A stretch of DNA of 64,000 nucleotides from an uncultured virus (IMG/VR IMGVR_UViG_3300047546_001470) (IMGVR_UViG_3300047546_001470); one strand, 5' to 3'; positions 28,701 through 39,471 are shown, counted from the stretch's first letter. Notes: generated by a model not told the origin, from the sequence alone. A program made the numbers and translations.

Positions 28701-31700
28701 TCTCCTTCTAAAGTTACTAAAAAAATAGGTGCAGATATTGCAGTAGGCGCAGTTGTTGGAATGAAAGAATATGTAGATGACGCAAGAGTTGCTGGTCAAC
28801 AAATAGGAACTGCAGTAACTCAAGGAGCAATGTCTCAAGCACAACAAGCAGCAGCATCCAGAGCAGCATTATATGGAGCGGGACCAATTGATCCAGCACA
28901 AAAATCATTAAGAAGGCAGTTAGAGAAACAGGCAAGGCTAAAGGCTTTGGCAGAAAAAAGATTAGTTACACAATCACAAGTTACTGGAATGGTTGCTGCC
29001 AATGCAGCAGGAGGATCTGGTGGTTCTGGAGGAAAAGGTGGAGGAAGATTCTTCGGAGGTTTTAGAAGAACTCCAGCAGATCCAAATAATCCAAAACCTG
29101 GTATGGGCGCAGGAGGAGCAATGATGGCTGCTTCTGCAATAACAATGGGTGCAGCAATGATGCCTGGTGCAATAGGAGACATGGCACAAAAAATAATGAT
29201 GCCACTTATGGCTTTAACTATGATACTTCCATTACTTCAAACTAAAATGGGAGTGCTTGCAGTCGGTATTGGTTTAGTTGTTGCAGCAGCAGTAAGGTTA
29301 AGAATGGCTTTTGATAAAGCACAAGACTCTGCTATGAAACTAGCATTGGCTACAGGATCTGGACAAGATGCAATTAGAGGTTTGGCAAAATTTGCTGGAG
29401 GAGTAACTGCTGGTGAAGTAATGGATAAGCGTAGAGAAGCAGCAGTAAATCCATTCGCTATTCAAACAGGAAAAACAACATTTGGAGAGTCTTATGTTGC
29501 AAGTAAAGAGGGTAAGGATTTAGTAAAAGCAACTGGGCAAAATATTGAGGGAATGGGTCGTTCAGGCGCACAAAATAGAATGGTAAATCAACTTGCAACT
29601 GCAGTATCGTCTGGTGCAATGACAGCAGCACAAGCAAGAAGCGTTGCAGCAAATATTGGAAAAGAACTTGGAGATTATAGTTTTGGAATTCAAGTTAATG
29701 CAAAACTTATAGAGTTGATTGGTGTTAATGGAGAAAATCTTTTGACAGATCCATTGGCAATTCGTGTTAAATTAGTTGAAGAAACAAGAAAAAATGTTCA
29801 GTCTTTTGGAGATCAGGCAAAGCAGGCTGGAAAATGGACTGGAAAAGATATGCTAAATGTTGGAGGAAAAACTGCATTAGGGGCTGGACTTGGTGCTGCA
29901 GCAGGTGCAATTGCTGGTCAAATTTTAATTCCAATTCCTGGAGTTGGTGCTGCTATAGGAGCAACTATTGGAACAGGAATAGGTACAGTGGCAGGAAATC
30001 TATTCTCAAGAAAAGATCGTGCCGAAAGAATAGGTACCGCATCAGGTGCATCAATTGCCATGCAAAAAATGGCATTAGAACAACAACAAGAAATGGTAGA
30101 CTCTTTAGATATAGCATACGAGAAAAGAATTGCTGAGGCAAAAGCAGCAGGGGATACTGCAAAAGTTGATGAATTAACAAACAAGCATATTAAGGATAGA
30201 GCAGCATTACTTGAAGAAAATGGTAAATTATTAAAAGATATTGCAACATCATATTCTAGTGCTGAAGGCGCAACACGAAAAGCACTTGATACAGGAGCAG
30301 ATAAAGCCATAACAAATAAATATAAGGGTACTGCAATGGAGGATGTTGCCAAATTAGCAAAAACAAATCTTAATGATAATAAAAATTTAACTGGAGAGCA
30401 GAGATATCTTTTAAAAATGGAACTTGCATCTGGAGAAATAGATCCTATGCAAATGATAAATCTTTTAGAATCTTTTGGTGACAACAAAGAAGCAATGACA
30501 AAGGTATTAAATATTATAACTAAGTTTGGCGGAGCATTTGGTAATCAAATTATGTCTACTGCATCATTATTTGTAGACAAAGATGGAAATCCAGTAAAGG
30601 ATGTTCAAACTAGATTTATTGCAAAAATAGAAAGTGCTGGAAATGCAGAAGAAGCAGAAAGACTTAGAAGTTTTTATTCCATGGTTGCTAAAACTGGAAA
30701 CGTTTTAAATACAACAATTATTACTGACTTTTTATTAAAAAATCCAGAAGTTGCAGAAAGATTAATGAAACAAACAGAGCAAATTGAGGCGCTTAAAGGC
30801 AAAATTGATTTTACAGTTGCAAGCAAAGTTTTAAATGCAGATCAATTAAAAATATTAAATGATGATTTAGATTATTTTAATAGTATTAAAACTGATGAAT
30901 TAAAGAAAGTATATCTGCAGACTTTGGTTCAAACCATAACAACTGTTTCCCCGAATGACCCAGCACTACAGTCCTGGCTTAAGGCAGAAGGTTCTCAATG
31001 GGCAAACTCTCCTCCAGGAACACAACTTCAGGAATATGCACAATGGAACGCACAACGTGTAACTGTTACTGCTGCAGATAATACTGCACCGCCTGTTCCA
31101 AAAGGCTCTGGTGGTGGTAAAACAGAAACATCTCCATTAGATGAACTAGTTAAAAAACTAAGAGATGTTCGTAAGAACCAGATTAAGGTAACAGAAGGCT
31201 GGTCTGCCTCCATGAAAACACTAGATCAGTTATTTGGCGGAAAGAAGAGATTAGAAATGTTTAGCGGTATAGAGCAGGACATCGCTAGACTTGGTGGCAA
31301 AGGAAATCTTATAGAGTTTATTGTAGGAATGGACCCTAAAGAATATGAAAAAAGAAAGAAGTCATTATTTGAATTTGATAATAAAGGAAACATTATTGCT
31401 CTAAAAAGAGATGCAAAAACAATACAAGAAGTATTAAATGGTATAGTTGCTGGAGACTATTCATCTAAACTACAACAACAAAAACAAGAACTTCAAGATC
31501 AATCTGACGCATACAAAATACTAAGAGATGCTGGCCTAAGTTATGCAGACACGCAAGAATTAATTGCAGATAAAGCCTTTGCTGCAATGATTGCTGCAGA
31601 AGGTAATACTGAAGCAGCAAAAAAATTAATTAAATTATTAAAACAAGTTAAGACATTGTCTAAAAATGCTGAACAAAAAACAGCAATTCAACAAGATATT

Positions 31701-33749
31701 GATTCTAAAAATCAAGAAGATCTTGCAAGAAGTAATTTGGCAAAGGCTGCAACCAGTCAAAATTGGAGTTGGCTTGAGGCAGATGCTATATTAAGCGATG
31801 ATACATTAAGAGATGCAATGTCAAGATGGGATTCAGTTATTAATGATCCAAAACTTTTTGAAGAATTTAAAACAAGATTAAACCAAGTTCTTAATTCAAT
31901 AGAGTTTAAAGAGTCAGTTTTCCAAAAAGGCTACGATAAGGCTATGGAAAAATTCTCTGTTATGGAAACAAAGATAGAGTTAGGTTTTCAATTTACAACA
32001 TTAAAAGATCAAGATATTATAGAAAAAGCACAAGACAAAATTGCTGGAATTAATTACGAAATTGATGATTGGGAAGCAAGCCTTAAGGGTATTGAAGATC
32101 AAGAAGAAAAAATTAATGAAAAGTATGATGCTAAATTTAAGGCATTAGATGAGATACGTGCAATTAATGAAAGAATATCAAAACAACAAAAAGGACAACT
32201 GACAATTGCTGATGCTCTTTCTCAAGGAGATATTGCAGCAGCAGCAAGAGCAGCACAAGATTTAAGAGCAGAACAAGCAACTCAAGCATTAGACGATCAA
32301 CAAAAATTACTTGAGGCTGCCAAAGAAAATGAATTAGCACAGGTAAGAAATGATAAAGGATATACTCGTGCACAAATTGAAGATCAAATTAAAAAACTAC
32401 GTGCCGAAATATTTAAAATTGAAGAAGAAGAACTTGAGCCAGCGCAAGAAAGAGTTCGTATTGAAGAGGCAAAAAAGAGAGAATTAATACAATCTTTAAC
32501 AGTTCTCGGTAAGTCTAAATTAGAATGGGAAGAAATAAAAAATAGAATTGATTTAGCAAGAACTTCTAGTGCTGAATATATGCAAGCCATACAGGCTGCA
32601 CTCGATGTTGTTGAAGATATTATTAAGTATTGGTTGTCACTTGATGGGAAAATAATAACAACGACGCATAAAATTATAACTATTTATGAAAATGGAGGAT
32701 CTACTGGAGGTTCAACTGGAGGCACTCCAGACGGCACTCCAGACGGCACTCCAGATGGCACCCCAGACGGCACTCCAGACGGTGGAGATGGCAACCCAGA
32801 CGGTTCAGATGGTTCAGACGGTTCAGATGGATCGGGTAATAATAATGGAAAACCAAAGGCAACTGGAGCAGGAACCGACTCTGGAACAGACTATACTGGA
32901 AGACCTAAAAATGGATTTACTCAGTATTTAGATGAGGCAAAGGGATTATATGATTCTGCAGTTGCTAAATCATTACAGCCTGGAGCAACGCCAAGCGACT
33001 TTGGACACTTACTTGCAGCAAGAGATCAACAAGTTATTAATGCAATTAATCTAGTTGATGAAAAAAATAAATATAACTCTATGGTAGCAGAAATTGCTAA
33101 CCCTGGAGCAGCAGCAAAGGCTGCCTATGATAAGATAGTTGCACAATCAAAAACTGCTGGAGCAACTCCTAGTGACTTTGGTGGAGCCTTAGCAGCAGCA
33201 AGTCAAAAAGTTATTAATGATAGTAAAAAGAATTTAACTCCTAGTGATTTTGGACATAGTCTTGCAGCACAAGACAAAAAGGTTGTTGATTTAGCAACTA
33301 AGGTTATGGCATCTTCACCAGCAGCAGCCGCAGCAGCAGCAAAGGCTAAGGCAGCAGCAGATGCAGCAGCAAAGGCTAAGGCAGCAGCAGATATAAAGAA
33401 ATTTGGCGGAAATGCTACTGCTGCTAATCAATTTGCTAATTGGCCTGGAGGAAAATCTTCTGGAGGATTAATTAAAAGATTTGCTGTTGGCGGACCAGTA
33501 ATAGGAACTGATGTTGTTCCATCTATGCTAACTCCTGGAGAATTTATTATGAGCAAGTATGCAGTTAATGCGTACGGTGTAGATAAAATGAGAGCAATTA
33601 ATAATGGAGATATTTCTGATGCTTCAGTGTATAATTATAGTATTGCAGTTAATGTAAGATCTGATGCAAACCCTGATGAAATTGCAAGAGCAGTTATGAC
33701 TCAGATTCGTCAGGTAGATTCAAAGAGAATTAGGAGTATAGCAGGATAA
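25800..33749 (+). CDS. Tail tape measure protein
   Basis: 2649 aa; TP901-type core (LNAVENQT..GINASEGANALKS..IEQLFGK), hydrophobic segments, long coiled coil, C-terminal FAVGG..MLTPGEF..YNYSIAVNV. Confidence 0.93.
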   Translation: MADVQSNIHVNIDTSEALASIKALQKQISAFHTSMAKSGAAAAAISANMQQNLINSLNATGKWSASMRTVRTTTESFTNALEKNKLSMRDYYRYSMGATKTFGRFFRSEFDTINKVARERVKDLQTQYIKLGRDANGAMKAIAVRPLALDMKNLGTQTAVAAQRQALLNQLLKQGATNMLNFGKNTQWAGRQLMVGFTIPLAYLGTAAAKTFMKLEEQAIRFKRVYGEMFTTGEETDKMLKEIQLLAKEFTKYGVAVEKTMEMAATAAASGKMGADLLAQVNEATRLSVLGGVEQEQALETTISLTNAFGLASEDLAKKINFLNAVENQTVVSIEDLTIAIPKAGPVVKQLGGDVEDLAFFLTAMKEGGINASEGANALKSGLASLINPTEKASKMLGGMGINIQGIVEANKGNVKGIVVDFANALNTLDPLNRARAIEQLFGKFQFSRLSTLFNNVVAEGNQANRVLTLTKATTEELAILSERELSRVEESTTYKFKKTIEDLKVTLAPVGEQFLKAITPIVEFVSKILDKFNNLGDGTKKFVVILTTLLGGIGPVLLMTFGLLANGLANIIKLFVSMKSVFNRAGQSSTVLGNQTQFLTAEQAQATAVAASLEQVHVKLQQTFTSEVAALNALTQAYQRAIAAQRGFGGPIVGKGRKGFAEGTKKVKPFYFATGTDSVPAMLTPGEAVIPAGPAQDPRNKPAISHMIAGGVMSQFSTGTKGAGDFSHIGNPRTVGALDLVNKLKALPAGIISARAMQAIEAVAMKFANTLKINLYGKLGITTGMSNVDGRQVSMNNLMKPGGRGVAKGEFMQDWDQRGLSRWKIALKNGGMKMQDVAADLSILDTHMKDYLTSLDANTRITDTHVKEAYEYSRRKMGAENRLIKAFDQLAVTAGEARINISQAAQRMAGLPTAAGGGSKGAVDVGGMKIRRGGDRFTFYKKTGFSLVDFAEKSMVEGMMERAQVASPSKVTKKIGADIAVGAVVGMKEYVDDARVAGQQIGTAVTQGAMSQAQQAAASRAALYGAGPIDPAQKSLRRQLEKQARLKALAEKRLVTQSQVTGMVAANAAGGSGGSGGKGGGRFFGGFRRTPADPNNPKPGMGAGGAMMAASAITMGAAMMPGAIGDMAQKIMMPLMALTMILPLLQTKMGVLAVGIGLVVAAAVRLRMAFDKAQDSAMKLALATGSGQDAIRGLAKFAGGVTAGEVMDKRREAAVNPFAIQTGKTTFGESYVASKEGKDLVKATGQNIEGMGRSGAQNRMVNQLATAVSSGAMTAAQARSVAANIGKELGDYSFGIQVNAKLIELIGVNGENLLTDPLAIRVKLVEETRKNVQSFGDQAKQAGKWTGKDMLNVGGKTALGAGLGAAAGAIAGQILIPIPGVGAAIGATIGTGIGTVAGNLFSRKDRAERIGTASGASIAMQKMALEQQQEMVDSLDIAYEKRIAEAKAAGDTAKVDELTNKHIKDRAALLEENGKLLKDIATSYSSAEGATRKALDTGADKAITNKYKGTAMEDVAKLAKTNLNDNKNLTGEQRYLLKMELASGEIDPMQMINLLESFGDNKEAMTKVLNIITKFGGAFGNQIMSTASLFVDKDGNPVKDVQTRFIAKIESAGNAEEAERLRSFYSMVAKTGNVLNTTIITDFLLKNPEVAERLMKQTEQIEALKGKIDFTVASKVLNADQLKILNDDLDYFNSIKTDELKKVYLQTLVQTITTVSPNDPALQSWLKAEGSQWANSPPGTQLQEYAQWNAQRVTVTAADNTAPPVPKGSGGGKTETSPLDELVKKLRDVRKNQIKVTEGWSASMKTLDQLFGGKKRLEMFSGIEQDIARLGGKGNLIEFIVGMDPKEYEKRKKSLFEFDNKGNIIALKRDAKTIQEVLNGIVAGDYSSKLQQQKQELQDQSDAYKILRDAGLSYADTQELIADKAFAAMIAAEGNTEAAKKLIKLLKQVKTLSKNAEQKTAIQQDIDSKNQEDLARSNLAKAATSQNWSWLEADAILSDDTLRDAMSRWDSVINDPKLFEEFKTRLNQVLNSIEFKESVFQKGYDKAMEKFSVMETKIELGFQFTTLKDQDIIEKAQDKIAGINYEIDDWEASLKGIEDQEEKINEKYDAKFKALDEIRAINERISKQQKGQLTIADALSQGDIAAAARAAQDLRAEQATQALDDQQKLLEAAKENELAQVRNDKGYTRAQIEDQIKKLRAEIFKIEEEELEPAQERVRIEEAKKRELIQSLTVLGKSKLEWEEIKNRIDLARTSSAEYMQAIQAALDVVEDIIKYWLSLDGKIITTTHKIITIYENGGSTGGSTGGTPDGTPDGTPDGTPDGTPDGGDGNPDGSDGSDGSDGSGNNNGKPKATGAGTDSGTDYTGRPKNGFTQYLDEAKGLYDSAVAKSLQPGATPSDFGHLLAARDQQVINAINLVDEKNKYNSMVAEIANPGAAAKAAYDKIVAQSKTAGATPSDFGGALAAASQKVINDSKKNLTPSDFGHSLAAQDKKVVDLATKVMASSPAAAAAAAKAKAAADAAAKAKAAADIKKFGGNATAANQFANWPGGKSSGGLIKRFAVGGPVIGTDVVPSMLTPGEFIMSKYAVNAYGVDKMRAINNGDISDASVYNYSIAVNVRSDANPDEIARAVMTQIRQVDSKRIRSIAG
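32694..32835 (+). repeat. Short coding repeats in the tape measure (GGST x2, GTPD x5, DGS x4)
   Basis: GGCACYCCAGAY x5 at 32721-32780, then GGTTCAGAY repeats. Confidence 0.9.
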
Positions 33750-34423
33750 TGGCTACAGCAAGTTATATAACAGGCAGAAGAAGATATCAAAGACCACAAG
33801 GAATGTTATGGTCTGAAAATTCTGGAACGCTAGTAGAATTAACTCCTGGAGGAAATAAGATATATGTACCAAATGGATTAGAAATTGGTCAAGATGTAGG
33901 TAGTGAAACTGACACAGGATTATATGATCAATTTTTAATTTTATCTGATGACAATAGAGGAGAAATTAATTTTAAGCCTACCAGAATTGAAAAAAGAGAA
34001 AGAATGATTAATGGCCGAATGAGGTCTTATCATATAGCAGATAAGTTACAAATAACTACATCATGGGAAATGCTTCCTTCTAGATCTTATTTTCAAACGC
34101 CAGAGTTTAATCCAACGACTGGAAAATCACCGCACTTCAATGATAATAATTTAGAGTTTACAACTGACGGCGGTGCAGGCGGGGTAGAAATATTAGACTG
34201 GTATGAGAATCATCAAGGACCATTTTGGGTTTATTTATCATATGATAATTATAAAAATTTTAAAAACGATGAGGGACTTATTGATAATAATTCATACGCA
34301 CATTTACCACAATATAGTCAATTAATACAGATGTATTTTACAGATTTTACCTATTCTGTAATTAAAAGAGGCGGAACCAATTTTGATTTTTGGAATATAA
34401 ACCTTACATTGGAAGAAGTATAA
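33749..34423 (+). CDS. Putative distal tail protein
   Basis: Directly after the tape measure (TAATG overlap); ends WNINLTLEEV. Confidence 0.6.
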   Translation: MATASYITGRRRYQRPQGMLWSENSGTLVELTPGGNKIYVPNGLEIGQDVGSETDTGLYDQFLILSDDNRGEINFKPTRIEKRERMINGRMRSYHIADKLQITTSWEMLPSRSYFQTPEFNPTTGKSPHFNDNNLEFTTDGGAGGVEILDWYENHQGPFWVYLSYDNYKNFKNDEGLIDNNSYAHLPQYSQLIQMYFTDFTYSVIKRGGTNFDFWNINLTLEEV

Positions 34424-37400
34424 TGTTTCAAAACGAAGAATTAAAAAATCATCTTGAATCTTCAAGTACAGTTAAAACACAATCTGCAATTATTCTAGAA
34501 TGGAATATGAATATTGCTAATAATATTTTTAGAATTGGTAACTATAGATATAGACCAACACTTTCTAATTCTGAAAAATATAAACTTATTCCAAATACAT
34601 TTGATGTAAATGATATAGGAAATTTTTATACAGGTGCAACAGATGCCGATATAAAAATTGATGGAGGAATTGATCCAGAAGACAACGAACAACCATGGTT
34701 TTTATTGGCACAAAACACAAAAAATAAAATGTTGTATTCGTTAGAAGATTGTTTTAAAAAGTTTAGGCCAAGATCTGGTATAAATAAAGCCTCTTATATT
34801 CCAGGGAAAAGATTACATCATTCAAATTTAAACATGTCCAATAGACCTAGATATTATATGGCAGATAAAAATGATAACTTTAAATATTGGACTTCATACA
34901 GAACTGAATCAGGCTCAGTTTTTGGCATAGCAAATAAGCAAGTAGGCGGTCAATACTTTATAGATGATGCCTGTCCATTTGTTGTTTATTCAGATCCTGT
35001 GCCAGCAAACAGAATAGTAATTAAAATGCAAACAAATGTTGGGTCAGTAGATTTAGGTCCTTTTTCAGGAAAGGCTGGATCTTTCCCTGACCCACTGTAT
35101 GGAGACAATAATAAAACAACACCAGTTCAATGGAAAATTCAATATCTAAAACAAAATGAATGGATTGATGCAATTAAGTTTGATGCTAACTCTAGAAGAA
35201 GTGACGGTACATCAATAATAAAAGATGACGGATACGTAGAGTTAGCATATGGATTAAAGGTGCCACAAAAATACAAAGAAGTATTTATTCGTGCAGAAGA
35301 ATATTATAGCGAATCATTCTTACCTAAAGAGTCTATCAATGGATATGCTTATTTAGTTAAAAATAATGATGACGATTTGGGACTGTACCACATTTGGTTT
35401 AATGGTGGATGGGAAACATTCACCCCCACTTATGGCTGGTACTTAGAAGAAGAAACTGTAACTAGATTAACTAACTTTGTAACTGACTTAACAAACCCCA
35501 TATCTTTTAAATCAAATACAGACAATAGACAAGTATATAGAGAATTTGAAAATATAAAAGGAATAAGGGTTGTACTTGATACAATGAATAAAGTTAACTC
35601 TACATTTGATTTAATAGAAATGTCTCCAAGACTAGTAGCAGATATTTCTGACAAGGTAACTGGCTTTTCAGTTAAAAAATCAGCATCTGATTTAGGCAAC
35701 AGTGGAATGCCAGTAGGTCAATTGTTGGCATCTGTAGGATCATTATCTATATTTGACTATGATGATGCTTTTAATGAGAATAATACTGGAAGCATTATAT
35801 ATAAATATTTGTCTAATAATATACAATTAAAATTTTATGACATCATAGTTGATGTTAATGGATATGACTATATGGTTCCAATAAAAACATTATATTGTGA
35901 TGCATTTCCAAAATATAATCCAAACGATAGAAAGGTAACTTTAGAGTTAAGAGATTTATACTTTTATTTTGAATCAATTCTTGCACCACAAATACTTGTT
36001 ACTAATGTCTCACTAAGTTATGCTGTATCACTTCTTTTAGACTCTGTAGGATTTTCTAACTATACCTTTAAAAGAGTTTCTGGAGAAAAAGAATTAATAA
36101 TTCCATTTTTTTATATTGGTCCAGACAAAACTGTAGCCGAAGTTTTAAATGATTTAGCAGTATCTACACAAACGGCAATGTTTTTTGATGAATATAATAA
36201 TTTTGTTATGATGAGTAAAAATTATATGCTTCCCTCAGACTCTGAAAGAGATATACAATTTACTTTTTATGGATCAAACGATTTCATTAAAGATAATGAA
36301 ATAAGAAATAAAAATAAAAATATTAAATTAACTAATATTGTAGACATAGCCTCTAGCGATAAAAATGTTTTTAATGATGGAAAAATTAACTATAAGTCAA
36401 GATATATTCAAAGATCGTATGGAACAATTAAACAAGCAAGCATGATAGACAATGAGGCTGCAGCAAAAAATTGGATATACAAACCAGTTCTCTTATGGGA
36501 GGTAACTGGGGATACGCCATTAAGATCAATCAATGGAGAGGCTCAAAGTCAATCTGCCTATAGCCTATCTGCTATTCCATTAAACTCTGATTTATCTGAA
36601 AATGTTCCATTCGTAGTTGGAAATCAAATAACAAACAATACAATAGATCTTGGAGAGGCAGTTTATTGGCTAGGTAGACACGCAGGATATTTTTATGCAA
36701 ATGGAGAAATTATAAGATTTGATGCAGTTCAATACAGTATTCCTGGAGCAGAAAAAATAATCACAACAGAAGATAGTAATGGAAAAATTAATTTTACAAC
36801 AACAACAGTAGGTGCTGTTGGAAACGTTTGGATTAGCAGTAATCAAGAATATCAAAACTATATGGGTAAACTAACATTTAATGGAAAAATATATCCTACT
36901 GGATTGGTTCGTATTTATTCTGAACCAAAATATGAAGATATAAACGGAAGAACTGTTATGAAAAATGGCAATGTTTCCAGACATGGAAGAGGTCAGTTTG
37001 GAACGCCAATACTTTCTCACAAGGCTGGACTAGATTCATACTGGAGTAATGATCTGTATGTACGTGGAATGGACATGGATAGCAAATATCTTTTTGGCTT
37101 AGAATATATAGCAAAAGGAAAAGATGAATTAGTAAATAGTTTAGGAGAACAGATAGTATTAGGAGAGGGTCCTGCTGGAGTAAATAATATTAGATCTAAA
37201 GAAAACAAAAGAACTGGAGTTATTAAAAACTTTTTATCTACATCCTTTACAAAAGAAACACAAAATAATACCATAAAGTCTACACAAACTGGGTCCGTTC
37301 AGTCCTCAGCATTAGTAATGTCTGGCCCGTCATTTCCAAATACAGAACAACCAATTGACTTTTTATCATATCAATACAAAGCATTAGATAATAGATATAA

Positions 37401-38829
37401 GCATTTTGGAACAAGAATGAGAATTGTTGGCAAAATTGAATCAAGTGAGACACGTGGACAGACACCATTAAATTCCACACCGTATTATGTACTTCCTGGA
37501 TCACAGCCTAATCAAAGCCTTAATATATCTGGTGGTTCTGGGGGTATTGCTGTTTTACTAAACCCAAACACTAATGTTGGATATTATTTTGAAATTATAT
37601 CTTTAACAGAAAAGAATGTTAGTGAATACTCAACTGCAGCAGAAAATCTTCATAATGTAGTTTTCTATAAAGTTTTGTCTGATCCAGAAGGTAAGGCAAT
37701 ACCAATAAAACTTTGGGGCGGATTTACAAATATAATTGTGGACGACGGTAATTTTACTGGACAGTCAAGATTAATGGGCGAAGACAATCCAACAGTATAT
37801 GATTTAGCAGTAGAATATCAAGATGTTGGATCTATTAGAAAATTTTACTTATATATTAATAATCAAATAGTAGGAATTATAGATGACGAGGCACCCACTC
37901 CAATTTATAATAATATGGCTTTATTTGTACGTGGCGGGTCAAAATGTATGTTTGAAAATATATATGCATTAACTAATAACTATAGTCAAAACACTGTTTT
38001 TTCATTAGACACTCCAGTGTCAGCAGCGTTTGGAGATAACGAAATTAATGCAAATGAGTCATTTAGAAAATATGCAATGTCTGGAATTATTCAATCAACG
38101 TATCTTTCTGGAATCAGTCCAAGCCAACCTCCTAAGTTTAATATTTATTTTGAAGAGTTTGGAAGCATAATGAGAGAAGCAGCGTATTTAAAAATTAGAT
38201 ATGATAAGGCATTTCCAGCATTATACGCACAACTATCTCCTACATTTAATAGAATTAAAGGATATACTGTATCTGGTTTTAGGGCTGGTTCATACGGAGC
38301 AGAATTCTTAATATTTAATTCTACAGATACTGCAATTAATTTAGATGAAACTAGCGGAAACTATTTGAGAATACAGGGAATAACATTTACACAACAATCA
38401 GAAAATGAGTTAACGGTAGATAATTATTTTGCTAAAAATAGTAACTTTTCTGATCCAGAAATTGGTAAAGATGGTTTAATTATTTCACCAATTAAAACAC
38501 AACAAGATTTTGATAAAATAAAAACAAGTAGATTAACATATGGTAAAAAAGAATTTTCTATAGAGCCACCATATATCCAATCTGAAGACGACGCAAAAGA
38601 CCTAATGTCTTGGATCATACAAAAAATTATGAAACCAAGAAAAAGTGTAGGGCTTAAAGTATTTAATTTGCCAATTATACAATTAGGAGATATAGTTAAT
38701 ATAGAATATAAAAATGAAAATAATCTAGATGTTATTGTTTCTCCAGAGTCAAAGTTCGTAGTTTATAATATAGACTATCAAAAGGATATAGGTGGTCCCA
38801 ATATGACACTATATTTAAGTGAGGTGTAG
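34423..38829 (+). CDS. Large tail tip/hub protein
   Basis: About 1470 aa; LNDLAVSTQTAMFFDEY and IQLGDIVNI hub-like motifs. ATG 34423 overlapping the upstream stop is preferred over TTG 34390. Confidence 0.7.
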   Translation: MFQNEELKNHLESSSTVKTQSAIILEWNMNIANNIFRIGNYRYRPTLSNSEKYKLIPNTFDVNDIGNFYTGATDADIKIDGGIDPEDNEQPWFLLAQNTKNKMLYSLEDCFKKFRPRSGINKASYIPGKRLHHSNLNMSNRPRYYMADKNDNFKYWTSYRTESGSVFGIANKQVGGQYFIDDACPFVVYSDPVPANRIVIKMQTNVGSVDLGPFSGKAGSFPDPLYGDNNKTTPVQWKIQYLKQNEWIDAIKFDANSRRSDGTSIIKDDGYVELAYGLKVPQKYKEVFIRAEEYYSESFLPKESINGYAYLVKNNDDDLGLYHIWFNGGWETFTPTYGWYLEEETVTRLTNFVTDLTNPISFKSNTDNRQVYREFENIKGIRVVLDTMNKVNSTFDLIEMSPRLVADISDKVTGFSVKKSASDLGNSGMPVGQLLASVGSLSIFDYDDAFNENNTGSIIYKYLSNNIQLKFYDIIVDVNGYDYMVPIKTLYCDAFPKYNPNDRKVTLELRDLYFYFESILAPQILVTNVSLSYAVSLLLDSVGFSNYTFKRVSGEKELIIPFFYIGPDKTVAEVLNDLAVSTQTAMFFDEYNNFVMMSKNYMLPSDSERDIQFTFYGSNDFIKDNEIRNKNKNIKLTNIVDIASSDKNVFNDGKINYKSRYIQRSYGTIKQASMIDNEAAAKNWIYKPVLLWEVTGDTPLRSINGEAQSQSAYSLSAIPLNSDLSENVPFVVGNQITNNTIDLGEAVYWLGRHAGYFYANGEIIRFDAVQYSIPGAEKIITTEDSNGKINFTTTTVGAVGNVWISSNQEYQNYMGKLTFNGKIYPTGLVRIYSEPKYEDINGRTVMKNGNVSRHGRGQFGTPILSHKAGLDSYWSNDLYVRGMDMDSKYLFGLEYIAKGKDELVNSLGEQIVLGEGPAGVNNIRSKENKRTGVIKNFLSTSFTKETQNNTIKSTQTGSVQSSALVMSGPSFPNTEQPIDFLSYQYKALDNRYKHFGTRMRIVGKIESSETRGQTPLNSTPYYVLPGSQPNQSLNISGGSGGIAVLLNPNTNVGYYFEIISLTEKNVSEYSTAAENLHNVVFYKVLSDPEGKAIPIKLWGGFTNIIVDDGNFTGQSRLMGEDNPTVYDLAVEYQDVGSIRKFYLYINNQIVGIIDDEAPTPIYNNMALFVRGGSKCMFENIYALTNNYSQNTVFSLDTPVSAAFGDNEINANESFRKYAMSGIIQSTYLSGISPSQPPKFNIYFEEFGSIMREAAYLKIRYDKAFPALYAQLSPTFNRIKGYTVSGFRAGSYGAEFLIFNSTDTAINLDETSGNYLRIQGITFTQQSENELTVDNYFAKNSNFSDPEIGKDGLIISPIKTQQDFDKIKTSRLTYGKKEFSIEPPYIQSEDDAKDLMSWIIQKIMKPRKSVGLKVFNLPIIQLGDIVNIEYKNENNLDVIVSPESKFVVYNIDYQKDIGGPNMTLYLSEV

Positions 38830-38830
38830 G

Positions 38831-39469
38831 ATGGTATATTTTACTGGCGACGGAAAAATAGTTTATGATGATTATCCAATTGCCCCTACGCACGAAGAAA
38901 AGATGTCTTGGAAAAATGGCAGTGCAAAAAGGGTAACTAGTGCTGCACAACTTCAAGAGTTTGCAGACTATATAAGTGGATTAAATGCAATACCAGATGA
39001 CCCAACTGTATTATACCCAAATGGCACAGTAGATGGAAGTGTAAAGCCTGCAACAACTGACCTAATCTTATTTAAAGATGATACCCTTCCAGTAGATATA
39101 ATGACAGATCTTATATTTGAAAATATAGGAGGCCAAGAATTAATTAATATAGTAAGATCAGATTTGGTTAACGGACAGAACATTTTATATCAGCCAATTA
39201 AAAATTTAAGTAGTGTATATTTTCAATACAATCCACAAAATATTTTAGGCTTACAAGATATAGATTCAAACTATTTCAAACAATTTCCAATCAATTTTTC
39301 TAGCAAAATACCAGAATGTGGCACTGGTCCAAACTGCTCTATAGTATATATTGATGAAGAAACTGGTGATTTAATAATTAATGTTATTAATTTAGCCAAA
39401 GATGAACAAGTAGAGGTCTCTATCATATCTGACGGGATAGTATTAGATGATACAATATATGAGGTGTAA
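38831..39469 (+). CDS. Tail-region hypothetical protein
   Basis: ATG 38831 after GAGGTG; synteny. Confidence 0.6.
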   Translation: MVYFTGDGKIVYDDYPIAPTHEEKMSWKNGSAKRVTSAAQLQEFADYISGLNAIPDDPTVLYPNGTVDGSVKPATTDLILFKDDTLPVDIMTDLIFENIGGQELINIVRSDLVNGQNILYQPIKNLSSVYFQYNPQNILGLQDIDSNYFKQFPINFSSKIPECGTGPNCSIVYIDEETGDLIINVINLAKDEQVEVSIISDGIVLDDTIYEV

Positions 39470-39471
39470 AT

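Noticed and set aside
26528..30487. Long minus-strand ORFs opposite the tape measure (and similar ones opposite fibre and surface genes)
   Set aside because: Antisense shadows of Ala/Gly-rich biased coding sequence, with no RBS or recognisable motifs.
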